Position numbers and translations under genes: made by a program
Notes under the pieces: generated by a model
What the model saw: only the letters and a program-made list of their open reading frames with translations
The model's database searches: none
Told to the model about the DNA's origin: nothing
From: Gnetum montanum
Lineage: Eukaryota; Plantae; Gnetophyta
DNA length: 64,000 nucleotides
Assembly: GCA_015680685.1 (NCBI GenBank)
Contig: MNCI01000967.1
Location: forward strand, 124,001 to 188,000
Reading direction: 5' to 3'
Shown: piece after piece, positions 49,500-62,104 of the stretch
Position numbering within the stretch: position 1 is the first letter of the stretch
Layout of the letters: every line of letters begins with the position of its first letter

Positions 49500-52400
49500 G
49501 TAGCAAGGATTTAGATAGGAATGATTAACTCAATTGGTGAGCTCATTCTCATTCATGTCTACTATCCTAAATGCTCTGATGCCATAGGATTTAGTGTTCA
49601 AGAAAGGTCCTTCCCAGTTGGCCAAGAATTTGTTTGCATGCTCGTAGATCGCCTTGAGGACTAGATCACCTTCCTTGATCTTACACTTGGTTAAGTTATA
49701 GTGGTGTTTCCATTTCTACCTTTCTTGATATCACTTGATGTAGCAAGTGTTCACACTCATTGTTGTTCTACCGAATCTAGGTCCATGGCTCACATCTCCT
49801 TGTTTTGTTCATCATTGATGAAGTCAGATAAGACTACTTAGAGTGATGGCACCTATAATTGAAGAGGTAAAACAACTTTAGAATCATAAACTTGGCTATA
49901 AGGGATTACACTTGTTGTAGTTTGGAAGGTTGTTTAGTAAGCCCAAGTGCATGGACAAGGTGCTCATGCCACTTGTGCTCACTATTGGTTAACATCTTCT
50001 TGAGTAAGTTTATGATGACCTTATTGCTTGCTTTAGCTTGTCCATTGGCTTGAGGGTAGTATGGCAATAAGAAGGAGTGCTTAATGCCCAGGCCATGACA
50101 AAAATTCTTCATTTCTTGGCTACTAAACTGTGGCTCACTATCTATGACTATGATCATAGGTATGCCAAAATAGGCTACAATGTTATTAAGAATGAATTTA
50201 CAAACTTGTTTAGATGTTGTCTACCTTAGGGAAACAGCTTCAACCCACTTCATGAAGTATTTGGTTATAGTGATGATAAAGCTATGCCCTATATAAGACT
50301 TAGGCATTATAGGTCCAATGATATTCAACCCCCATCATTGATACAACAAAGTACTCTGAGTGTTGTGTAACTTAGTTGGTGGTAGGTGTATAAGGTTACT
50401 ATGATGTTGACACGTATCACAGGTTTTGACCTTTTGCATGTAGTCACTTTTCATATAGGGCCAATAGTAGCCTAACTATATGATCTTGGTGGCCATGGCT
50501 CTAGGTCCTATATGTCCTCGACATACACCCTCGTGAATCTCCTCTAGGACTATTTGGGCTTTGGTTTTACCTAAGCACACTAATAATATGCCATCATAGG
50601 ATCATTGACATAATGTGTTATCACCTACTATGACATACTGTTCTGATTTTTTATGAACAACATCCTTTTGAGCAGTAGTTAGGCCTTATGAAGATTCACC
50701 ATGCATAAGGTAAAACTTGATATCATCATACCACTACTTTGGGGTAGCAGTATGAACTACAATCACAAAGGTATCCTTAGTTGATGAGTGGCAAGGTACC
50801 CCTATGCCCAACCATACGAATCACAAGCATTCACATGCAATCCAATTGAATTTCATAGACCTTAAGTTCTCAAGTACACTGGTTCTAAGATGTGGAATCT
50901 AATTGTGATAATCATTGTCTTCTCAACTATACTTGTGGAGCTTAATTGTATGGTTAAGTATAATTGAGGCACATGATTTTTATCATTTTATATTTTATAA
51001 GTTTAAACACCTAGAACAAGAATGAAAGGTAGAGGAATTTAATATCTAATTAATCTATTGCCTAGCTAGCCTAACACAAGTATTCATTCCCACTCTTCGA
51101 ACACATCTTGAATGCATATAGTGCTATTGGGTTACCAAACGTTAAGTATTTCTTGGTATCCAAGTGCTACATCTATGCTCAAAGTGGTTGTGCTTGTGTT
51201 CATTAACAATTAGAAATTAATTACTTAATTAAAGTGCATTAAGGTAAAGTGCATGAATATTAAATGAATTAAAAGAAACATTAATCTATTCTTAGTGCTG
51301 CAAGTATTATCAAAAGGGCTCATCTTTATTTCCATCACACTACTATGCTTAGGTACATAAGTGCTCGAACAAAGATCCAGACAAGCTTAGACTCTTGCTA
51401 TGGGCACTCAAAAATATTCTAACTCTAGAATGGCTAAACTGCAAGAACTTCATTACTCTATGACAAAAACTAATGCCCAAACTGTGTGCCCAAGCACTAT
51501 ATTTATAGGCTAACACAATATCAAATATTTGACATTGCATCCTAGGGTTTGATATCAGGTATTTGATATCATGTATCTGATATTGAAGAATGTCAAAACA
51601 CAATTCATCATCAGTGTTCTATGTGATTGGGAATAGCATAATTCACAGTCAAGGTGAGAAACTTACTAAAAAAATCTGGCATCATACTAAGGGCTAGCAC
51701 TATAATGGCATCGACTATATGTTTGTAAATTGTTGAAATAGTTTCTTTCCTAGGTCATAGCAAGGTTGTAAATGTTTGGATTTACATGCATAAACCTTGG
51801 TTACTTGGTTAACCACAAGTTGTGAGTCACCTTTAATCATTAAGCATTTAATCCCTTGGTCATGAGCTATCATCATTCCTCTAATCAAGCCCTCATACTC
51901 TACTACATTTTTGGTACATGGAAATTCAAATTAGTAAGCGAAGGGTTGGATTTCACCAGATGGAAATGTTATGATGGTAGTAGCATTAGTCCCATGGGTA
52001 GTTGAAGCTCCATCAAAGTGCATGAATGCCTATAATCCTTATGTACTTGGCTAATGATGTTAATGTATTCATCAAGGAATTCAGGGTCTATGGTTGCATG
52101 GTCTTCTACTGGTGAAACAATAAGTTGTACAACTATGGATTAAGATTTCATTGATGCTTGAGAAACATAATGAAGGTTAGACTTTGCTGTTATGACTTTC
52201 CAATGGGCTATATAGCTATTGTCATAAATGTTGGTCATTATGGCTCTAAGCATGTTATCTCTACAAATGACATTGACTTGGCTCCTAAAGAGGTAGTTTC
52301 TCCACTTCTTCAATGAGAAGATTAGGGCTATACAATACTTTCCCACTTCGATGTATTGTGTATCATGAGCAACTTATGCATGGCTAAGGTAGTAAATTGG

Positions 52401-53113
52401 AAAATTTGCTCCATCATCTCATTTTTGACATAGTAGAGAGGCAACAGATGTGTTAGAAATGGAAAGATAGATGTAAAATAGTTTATCCTCTTGCGTAGGA
52501 TACACAATCGATAGTTGTGCTAACTCTTGCTTAAGGTTTTCAAAGGCTTATTGACTTTGAGCCATCCACTCATAGCAAGCTCCTTAAACAAGTATTTCAT
52601 GGGTTGTAACTTATCTATAAGCCTAGCAATAAACCTACGGATAAATTACAATTTTCCTTGCAATCCCCAAAGCTCCTTAAGGTTAGTGGGTGCAACCAAG
52701 TTGGATATGGCCTTAACCTTATTAGGATCAACACGTATTCCCACTTTGGATACTACAAAGGCAAACATCTTACCCTATTTTGACACTAAAGACACACTTT
52801 TTGGGATTAATCCTAAGCTCATACTTGAGACATTGTTTAAGTACAAGGTTAAGAATGGTCATTGGCTGCTTTGGACTTAACAACTATATCATCTATGTAA
52901 TCGTTGAGAAAACTTAGCATATAATCACTAAAGATATGTCATAACTCTTTGGTAGATTAATCTAGCATTCTTAAGGCTGAAGGACATCATAGTATAACAA
53001 AAGGTAATCCAAGGGGTCATGAAGATCATACTGGGTTGATGCTCTAGGTTAATCCTAATTTGGTTGTATCTAGAGAACCCATCCATAAAGGATAATAAGG
53101 CTTGACCAATACA
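49500..53113 (-). pseudogene. Tat/Ogre Ty3-Gypsy pol: RT-RH-aRH-INT
   Basis: LSFMDGFSRYNQI and YIDD (RT); HFDGAS, EYEGLI and KGDSQLVVNQV (archaeal-type RH); IHEGVC, GYYWP and YYPQANGQAKASNKVI (INT). Confidence 0.92.
50782..51610 (-). mobile_element. Solo LTR (829 bp), Athila-like family, inserted between aRH and INT
   Basis: TGATGAG...TTCATCA termini; TSD TTAGT/TCAGT with one mismatch. Confidence 0.92.
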
Positions 53114-56100
53114 TGTGATAAGGTTATATTTTGCTAGTTTTAAACCTTATCAAGCCATGGTTTAAGGCTACAAAGATGATAGGTGAGTTTAGGCACCTAT
53201 TAAGGCTATTTTAAGGCTATTTAGGCCAAAAGCAAGGTTTTTTGGGTGCCCATGCTGGTCAACATGGGTGGGGTGACCCCCAACATGGATGGAATAGCCA
53301 AGTTCTTTCCTAGGTTGTTCTTAAGTAGTTTTCAACTCCAGATATCTTGCATGGTTAGCGCAATGAGATAGGGAAGGAAATAGGTCAATTTTGGTATTAA
53401 TTTCAACCCCTAGAAATTTTTGTTGAGGCCTAGATCTACTACCCACACTAGAGCAATGTTGACCAGCATGGCCCTAGTGTGGCTCTCAAGAAAAATGGAT
53501 TTTGTGGCATCCAAAGGATCAACATTAAGGTTCTGAGATCTTCCTAAGGTAACGTAGGGCTAGACCAGTCAAGATCGATCATTTCAGAGGTCAAAAGTAG
53601 TAAAAAAACATAGGTCTTAAGGTTATACCCCATAAAGCCATGTTGGCTAGTATGGATGGTAGGGGTCTTAGCATGAAAGATTTAGATCTAGGATATTATG
53701 CGGTCAAATAGGGTCAATCCCACTAGAGCCAAGGTTATGTAGTTGTGGGCTTCCTATTCAAGTTTTGAGGTCATTTAAGGGATGTTGTGTGTGTTGAACT
53801 AAGTTGGAGGCTTCTCCCACACTAGGGCCACATTGGCTAGTGTGGCTTAGTGTGGGCACTCTTGCTTTTAGGCTTCAGGATGGCTTTAGAGATAAATTGA
53901 CTAAGTTTTGAGGTAGTTAGGGTTGCAAATAGTGATACTTGAGATTCTTGATAAAAAATGGCTAGGTTTGATGGCTACTTGAGGTAAGGTATTGTTATAA
54001 CTTCTTGAGCCACATTGAATAACATTACTTTAGTGTGGATGAGGGGATTTGGTGGGTTTCAAAGGTCAAAACAAGGTTTACTAGCTATCAATTCAAGGTT
54101 GTGAGGTTCTAGGCTTTACAATACTAGTTTTTTGGCCTCTGGGGATGTCAAAGTACTGCTAAAAGTAGTAAGGTAGCTTACCTACATTTGAGCCACATTA
54201 CCCAGCATGGCCTAGGCCTCCCATAGCATAGATACCTTATGATATCAAGTTTTGGTAGGCTTTCATAGCAAATGAATCATGCATGTGAGCCCCTAGGATT
54301 ACCAATGTTACTAATTAAGGTTTAGGGTAAAAATAGGTAGTTTAGAAGGCCTTTGGATTATCCTAGAAGTTGTCCCTCCCTGGAGCAACACTAGGCCACA
54401 TTGGCTAGTGTGGCCCTAGTGTAGGTGAACTAAGGGGCTTAGATTTTTGCAAATTTTGACTAGTTTCCTTGAGTTTTATGGCCTTTGAAGGTGCTAATAG
54501 GGCCGTAGGGTTAGGGTAATATAATTTAAAGTCTTTTTGATGCATCCATGAGCCTTTCATGGGCCTCCCTTAAGGTACCCATGCTGGATATACATTGGTC
54601 AATGTGGGTGAGGGGGGTTCCCAGTGTGGGGATGGGAGTGGTAAAGGATTTTAGCTAATTTTGACAGTTTTTTGGTTGCCAAAGACTCTAGGAAGGTTGG
54701 GAGGTTAGCACATGTTGATTTTGGGGTTGATCTTGGTAATCCATGGTAATGCCTTAGTCATCCATGCTAGCATAACACTATCTAGCATGGATGGGATTCC
54801 CCCTCAATATGGTTCCACTGAGATTCATGGTTTTAGACATTTTTATCTAGATTCAACAAGGTTTTAGAGCTATTAGAGGTTATAGGGGTCGATGGCCAAG
54901 ATTTGGCATCAAAATTGACTAATTTAAGGGTTCCTTGGTGATTTTTGTAGTCATCCCCACTTGAGCCATGCTGGGTAGCATGGCCCCAATGTGGATGGAA
55001 GGGAATGATATATTTTTACCATTTTGATTGATCTCATGGTGTTTGATGGATTTGGGAGATTCCGATAGGGTTTTGAGGTCATTAGAGTAGGTTTCAAGGC
55101 TATTTTCAGTTATAAATGGGGTTTTATGACTTATCCCCAAAGTACCCATGCTAGACCCATACTTGCTAGCATGAGTGGGGAGTTCCTCAACATGGTTAAG
55201 GTTTAAGACATGAATTTTGACTCAAATTTCCACATCTGTCAACTATCGAAGACCATGGAGGGGTGTTTAGGCTATTAAAGTGGGTTTTATGGTCATTTAA
55301 GGCACAAAAGGACTTTTATCATTTATTCCTAGGGCATTCATGCTCTACCCATGCTAGCCAACATGGCTAGGGGGTTCCCAATGTGGGAAGGATGGATGAT
55401 GCTCATTTCAACTTGTTTTTGATTATGTTTAAGTTACCAAAGGTTGACAAGGGGTGTTAAAGTTAAAATAGGGTCATTGGGTGGTTGATTTTAGGGTTTT
55501 GAGGTTATACCCCATCCCTCCACATTGGGACCATATTGGATAGTGTGGGTGAAGCCACTCTTTATGTGACTTTACCAAATCTAAAAGTTTTAAGAACTTT
55601 CAACGAGGTTTGATAAGGTTTAGAAGCTTTTTGATGTGATTGAAGGGGTTTTAGGCCATGTGGACCAACTTTGAGGTTGAATCAAGGCTTGGTGGATACT
55701 AGAGAGTGGGCATGGATGTTGTACCCATCTTGGCAATGCTAGGCTAGTGTGGATGAGACCTAGCTTAGTGTGGTTGCCCAAAGTGGTAAGTTTTATGAAG
55801 GTTTTACCCCTTGTTGTGGTTTGGGATTTGGTGGTCTTAATTGCAGTTGCCAAAAATGGCAAAGGGGCTAAGGTTGTAAGGCTATGGAATGGAGGAGGTA
55901 AGGACCCACACTAGATCCATGCTACTAGTGTGGGTGAGAGAGAGAGAGAGAGAGAGGGGGGATAAGGTTAGAACATGATTGTATGGGTTCCAAGGGGTCC
56001 AAACCTTAGCATAGAGAAGGTTTTTAAGCTTGGAACACACTTTACATGGGAGGCATTTGGTGGGCCCATATCAAATTTCAAAATTTTGAATCTTGGTGCT

Positions 56101-56144
56101 AACTCCCACCATCCTAATGTTGGTTGGACTTTTCCTCCTCTACA
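53114..56144 (-). repeat. Putative 3-kb Tat-type LTR containing a palindrome array with about 190-bp period
   Basis: Minus strand begins TGTAGAGGAGGAAAA and ends TATCACA, exactly where the RT frame breaks. Contains 15 CCACGCTGGCCAGCGTGG-derived units and (CT)n at 55936-55956. Confidence 0.6.
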
Positions 56145-56422
56145 CTACTAGTGCACCATGAGTTTCAGTGCATGGATTTGGAAATGGGGGTATGCAAGAG
56201 GGTGCCTAGGTTTAGATGTAGTTTTAATGGTAAATTTGCCTAAAAATCACATAAAATTCTCATTATTCTCATCATAGTGCATTGGTTCAGAGCTCTTATA
56301 GCGATCTTGCTTCTAAAACTGCTCATCCTTCAATGTGGTTGCTTTAGGCTCTTTTCCCAGGTAGTGTTTCTACCAAGAACCTTAATATTTTCAAGGTTTC
56401 TTTAGCATTGATACCAAGCACC

Positions 56423-59400
56423 ATGAAGAAAAGGGGGAGCAGTAGGAAAAATCTAGTTTTAGAAGATGTAGATGTAGTAGCCAAGGGAATTTCTCACCTT
56501 TCATGGCCCATGATAGGGCAAGGTTCAGTTGTAATCACCCTAAGGTAGGCCAATGGTAGTCATGTTCTTTGTGTTTCTAGTAGTTTTTTACTAGTTTTTT
56601 GGTTTGGGATGAGGCCATTTTTCTAGATCTAGGTTATTATGTTCTATAAAATTTAATTTTTATGAAATCCTACCTTGTATTTTACTGGCTTCTACATGTA
56701 TCTAGGGTTACTTGGTCATTTGGATTTTGGCTTATGTAGTTTTTAAATTAGGTTTTGTCAATTTTTATGTGTTTTTTATTGTTTTATTTAAAAAAGCAAC
56801 CCTACTTGTGAATTTTTGATTAAGAAAATAGCTATGAATTGATAAATTATAAAGTTTTGGGTTTTTAGTACTAAGGTTTAGGTTTCTATTGGCTATGGTT
56901 TTATTTAATTTGGAGTTGTGGTTAATCTGTAATGAGTTTTTTTGGCTATCATATGGTTGTGTTTTTATGCTATTTTTAGTTTTCATGGAAGTTCATGAAT
57001 TGTTTTTGAAAAAATGGTAGGGATTTTGTATGTTTTCTAGCATGAGTATTTAAGTCTCATATTAGGTTTTCAAAGGTCTCTGAATCACTATAATTGGGTT
57101 TAAAATGAATTGTTGGTGAAATTTCTGTAGAACTTGCATAGAAAGGGGTTTTGTCATGATGGCATGGTTCATGTTATGTTGGCTACATTTTCTATAAAAA
57201 TGTCTAAGAATTTTTAAGTTTTCTAATTATCACTATGTAGTTCATGATCGCAGGATTCCAATGGTGGTGAAATCACTAGAATTAGAGCTACTATTGCTTT
57301 TTAGTTAGTTTTTCTGTATAGTCATGAAAATTTAATGTTTTTAGGTTGTAGTGGTTTTGCCCCTTGGAGATGGACAATGTTGACACATTGCATGATTTTT
57401 CTTGCTAGCTTCCCATACCCTTGGGGATATTAGGAGATGTTAGAAGGGTTCTAAACTTAGTTTCATGGCTATTGATTTTTTTTACTATTTTTAGAAGTGA
57501 TTTTTTATGGCAATTTTCTAGGTTTTGAAGGTGTTGTTGTATGAATGTTATTCAAACTAAGACATGGTTTGGCCTTTTAAGTTAATCATGTAAATGTTAT
57601 TGTGTTTTTTCTATGATGTCCAAGGGTAGTGTAGGCCATGATCATGTTGATTTCCTAGAAATTTTTGAAGGAAATTTGGCTAATATTCTATAGGTTTTTA
57701 TGGTGTCTAGTTTCACCATCAACTAGGATGTTTAGGCAAAATTGCCTAAGAAATTCTAAGTATGGTATGGGTGTATACTTGGTTATAATTGTTGTTATTT
57801 TTAGTTTGGCTAATGTTTTACCTAACTGCTATTGATATGGTTCTAACATTGTGTTTTTCTTTCTTTAAATGGCTTTTCTTAAGCCCATCCTGATCATAGT
57901 TGAGCTTTTGAGGGTTCTATGTTGTGTTAACCTTTTCAAGCCTAATAATCCCCTAGTTGATTTGATTTTTGAGTAGGGTTTCCTATGGTTCTTGCTAGGG
58001 GTAAGGGAATTCCTTTCCTACCTCCTCCAAAACTTTAGTATGATGTTGTGATCATGCTTGTTTATGCACATGGCTAGGGTCATAGTGGAGACCCCAATAT
58101 CCTAATCATCCAATAGGATCATCAAATTCATAATGGATGATTCTGAGATGCATACATAAGGGAGTTGTATGATAGTATAGAAATCCTTGGAACTCACAAG
58201 CTAGCACAAATATGAACATGCCAGAGTATTCTTAGTATAATGCTAACAATACTTTGATAGTGGTGCACTGGGCCCACACATTGTCCTAGAATCCTCTTGG
58301 TATAGTGTACCATTTGGTTGGGTGAGTATGGTTGTAACTTTTGTTTTATTTATTTTTAATTGTTCTACCTATCTTTCCTTAGCATTATGTTTTTCTAATT
58401 TTCTAAATGCTACACATCCTGCAGGTACTAGTAGCAAGGGTTTGATCAAGAATGGCCAAACCTTAGAGGTGGCTTAGACTACAATTAGTGTATTTACCCA
58501 AGGCCCTAAGATAAGATACATAGTGGTTGATCATTTGAAGGGAGGTTTTCACAAATACACCCAAACCTTTACCCCATCCTTTAAGAGGTGTGTGGCTACT
58601 GAAGCAACTCACAGCTTCTAGGAGGCCCTGAAATACCTTGTAGCATTGGATACCATCATCGAGACCTCAATAAAACCCTTGCCTTGTAAGAAGAAGAGAG
58701 GTAAGAAAAAAAAATATGGTTTTAGCTAAGTTAACATTTTCATGGCTATACACTTTTAGGCTATTTTTGTTCTAAGTGGTCTAATGATTTTGATCTATTG
58801 TTCTTGTATCTAGGTTATAGATGATGGTTTCATGTCTTAGCTAACAAGATATTTTTGTTATCTAGTAGGGGCTTCCACCTCTTCTAGCCTTACTTTGACC
58901 ATTTCAAGATGTGTTGAGGGGACCCTCATTATGAAATGCATTGGTTGAGGGGACAATTACCTAGATGTATTCAAGCATGCATTACTCCTGTATGTTTGCT
59001 TGATCTCTTCATGATGCCTATCCTTGCCATTTTATGATGAATGTCATTAACTTATTTGATGAAGGGGCCAATAAGTTCATTACCAAGTTGTGTGGTGTAC
59101 CCATATTCATATCCATTGATGAGGCTTTCTTCTATGATCTCTTTGGTGTTCCCACTAAAGGGATGAAGGTTTCCACCAAATTGGTTAAGGAGGCAGGCCA
59201 CTATGAGGAGGTAGAGGCATGGTCTACCACTCATCATGGCCATTTTAGATTGTTCGTGGATGATTTCTAGGTGCCAAAAGCAAGGGAGTCTTATCCCTTA
59301 TTTTGATTCCATGCCTTTCCTAAATTGTTCTCATAGAAGAAGGTGATTAGTATTGTCATGCATGGATCATGATGAAGGTCCTAGGAGAAGGTACTCTATT

Positions 59401-61400
59401 TGAGTGGGCTACTCACTTGGCACTTGGGTTATGTGAGGAAATCCTCAAACTCCATGAGGATATCTCCATCATATGCCACATGAACTATGCATTTTTTGTG
59501 GCATATTTGAAGAGATTCACAAAGCTCTTGGTGGTGAGGAAGGATGGGTGATGGGTATGCTAAGACCTATCCAAACTCTCTAGGCCTTAGATAGAGCACA
59601 TTTATCCAGCAATGCAAGCCTAGAACCTAGCAAAGGAGATGGGTGACTTGCTAACCATCACCACTAAAGAAGTTAGTGATAGGTGGTATGTTTCCCTTAA
59701 CAACATAGGGGTCGAGCCTCATGTCAATTGCACTAACATTGAGAGGGCTAAAGAGCATTGTGTTGAGGTTGATAGGGCAGCCAAAACAAAGTTGAAATGA
59801 CCCATGGAGGAGGTAGCACCAACAATAGAACAACCTTCTAAGTGAAGGTTCACATTGAAGCTTTACAAGGATCACCATGTGGTTATTGGTATGTTGCTAA
59901 CTTTTGGCTATGTTTTGGTTTTTTCTATATTTTAAGTTATAAGGTTATAATGTTATAACGTTGGTAAGTTGTTCTAATATTTTTGGTTGTTACTATCCTT
60001 GCAAACAAGTAATAGGACATGTTAGCCTAAGCCACAAAAATAGTAGAGGAGTAGAGGCATGCAGAGGAGGCTCTGCTATAGTCACATGAGGAGAAGGGAT
60101 TGGCTAATGTGGTGTTGGATGAATTGGATGCCTTGTTTGGTGAGCTACTACTAGGGGAACCCCCCATCATCATCCTAGAGGAGGAAGAGCCAAGTATGCA
60201 TACACCTTAGTGCTACTCGTTATAGTTTATGGTTTTATGTTTGCTATTTCTTCAAAATGTTTGATTATTGTTATGCTTGTTATAGTTCTTGAGCCATAGG
60301 TTGAGGCCTCTACACCTACATTTTGCATGAAACCATGGGTAGAGGTTTTAGAAAATATGGAGTTTATGCATGGAGTGGCTAAGGACATCATTGATCAATT
60401 GCAATAGGTTTCTCCTGAGATCAGTAAGAACTTTGTGTTATGGTTTTTTTTATTTCTATTTGGTTTCTAGATGTATATTTGGCTATAATTTTTTTCTTGA
60501 GGTTATTCATGTCATATATTGTGCTTATGGTTATATTTTCAAATCCCTATGGGAGAAAGTTGTGGCCTTGAAGGAGGAGAACAAGAGGCAAGTCCAAATG
60601 ATTACTGATCTTTAGGATTATGAGAACTTTGTGGAAGCCCAAGTGAGTAACACAAAGAGATTACAAACCAAGGATATCATGTGGGCTCGCTACTAGAATA
60701 CCATCCATGACAAGGTTAACCTTGCTAGGGAGATGACAAAGTAATGGATGGAGATGGACCTCATCTCCCAAAAAATCAGGAACTAGAAAGATTATTGTGC
60801 TTGGGTCCTAGAGTGAGGCTAGGCATAAAAAGATTACAAAAGAAAGTACAAGGCTGATTGGGAAGCATATCTTAAGTGGCTTAAGGAGGAGATGACTGAA
60901 CAGCCCAAGATGGATTTGTTCATCAAGGGGATTCAATCCAAGAGTGCTTGCAAGCTCTTTGAAATTACTATCATGGTGGTTGAATGTCCTAATCCTTAAG
61001 ATTGTATGGCTACAGGTGAGGTTTCTATGGCCATGGTGTCATGGGAGCCATCCACATGAATGGATTTTGATGTGATAAATATCCTTGTAGGTATTAATCT
61101 TGGGGATGTGGATTGGGCACACATGAAAGAAGACTAGATCCTCCATTTCTTGGATGTTGATCTTGTACATCTTTCTCCAGAGTTCATTGAGCTAGATTCC
61201 CCATAGGTTTGATTATTTTCATACGTGATGTTGCTTTAGTCTCACTTAGGTTATAGGCTTTCTTATGTCATGGGTTAGTTAGTGATTAGTCTTATGTTAT
61301 TATATTTTAGACACTAGGTGATAGTGATGGCCCCAATAGCAAGGATGGGGATGATCCACCACTTTCTTCTCTACATGCCCCCTAGCATCACTAGTTGCTC
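56423..61400 (+). pseudogene. Multi-exon TE accessory gene, antisense to the Tat element; PMD-like domain plus coiled coil
   Basis: Purine-rich exon-like blocks are separated by T-rich GT-AG segments (e.g. acceptor 58425, donor 58701). INLFDEGANKFITKLCGVPIFISIDEAFFYDLFGVPTKG resembles the plant mobile domain/DUF1985 pattern. Many stops. Confidence 0.5.
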
Positions 61401-61734
61401 ATTTTAAATTTTTCTTGTTGATGATCACATGATGTTTAATGTTATTGACGTTGATGGCTAGTGTTAGCCAAGATTTTAGTTGTAGACATTTTCATGATTA
61501 CTATTTAATGTTTGAACATTTTTCCACACAGTGTGGCCATGGCTATTCTTGTTGTAAACATATTAAATTTTGAGTTTCGATTTTAATTTTGGCTATATTA
61601 GTTTGATGTTATGGTCTTAGGATTTTATATGTAAATGGTGTTTAAGGCTACAATGAATAGGTTATAATATTGTAAAAAAAAGGTTGAAGCATCTAGGTAA
61701 TAACGCTATAGGCTAAAACATGAAATAAGGTAAC

Positions 61735-61832
61735 ATGTTGCTTGCTAGTTTTAGGTTATGGCAGGTCATATGATGTTGCTAGTTTTAGGCCTTAGAGGGT
61801 CATGGTTGTTGCTAGTTTTAGGCCATGTTGGG
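61735..61832. repeat. Three tandem units of about 32 bp (TTGCTAGTTTTAGG core)
   Basis: Direct inspection. Confidence 0.75.
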
Positions 61833-62104
61833 CCTACCTTGTACAAAGGAAAACATATTTTTTTTCCTATTTTATGTTTTAAAGTTTCTATGAGGTTTTT
61901 TGTGTTTATATTGTGCTAAAAAAGAGGCTTTAATAAAAAAAATACAAATAAAAGATAAATTCCTAGGCTGTATGCAAAAGAAAGTTTAACATAAAGCAAA
62001 AAAAATGACATATATAGGAAACATGAAATCTAGGTTAACAGGCTATAGGTACATATGGTTACAAGGTCACAAGTGCATATCATGGGAGGAGCAAGGATGT
62101 ACAT

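Noticed and set aside
53250-55935. CRISPR-like repeat-spacer array
   Set aside because: Eukaryotic TE context, degenerate repeats, spacers of about 170 bp that are partly related to each other, and no cas genes.
56143-56160. CACTA transposon terminus (CACTACTAGTG)
   Set aside because: No matching TAGTG end with a 3-bp TSD and no TnpD motifs. Better explained as the boundary of a minus-strand TGTAGAGG LTR.
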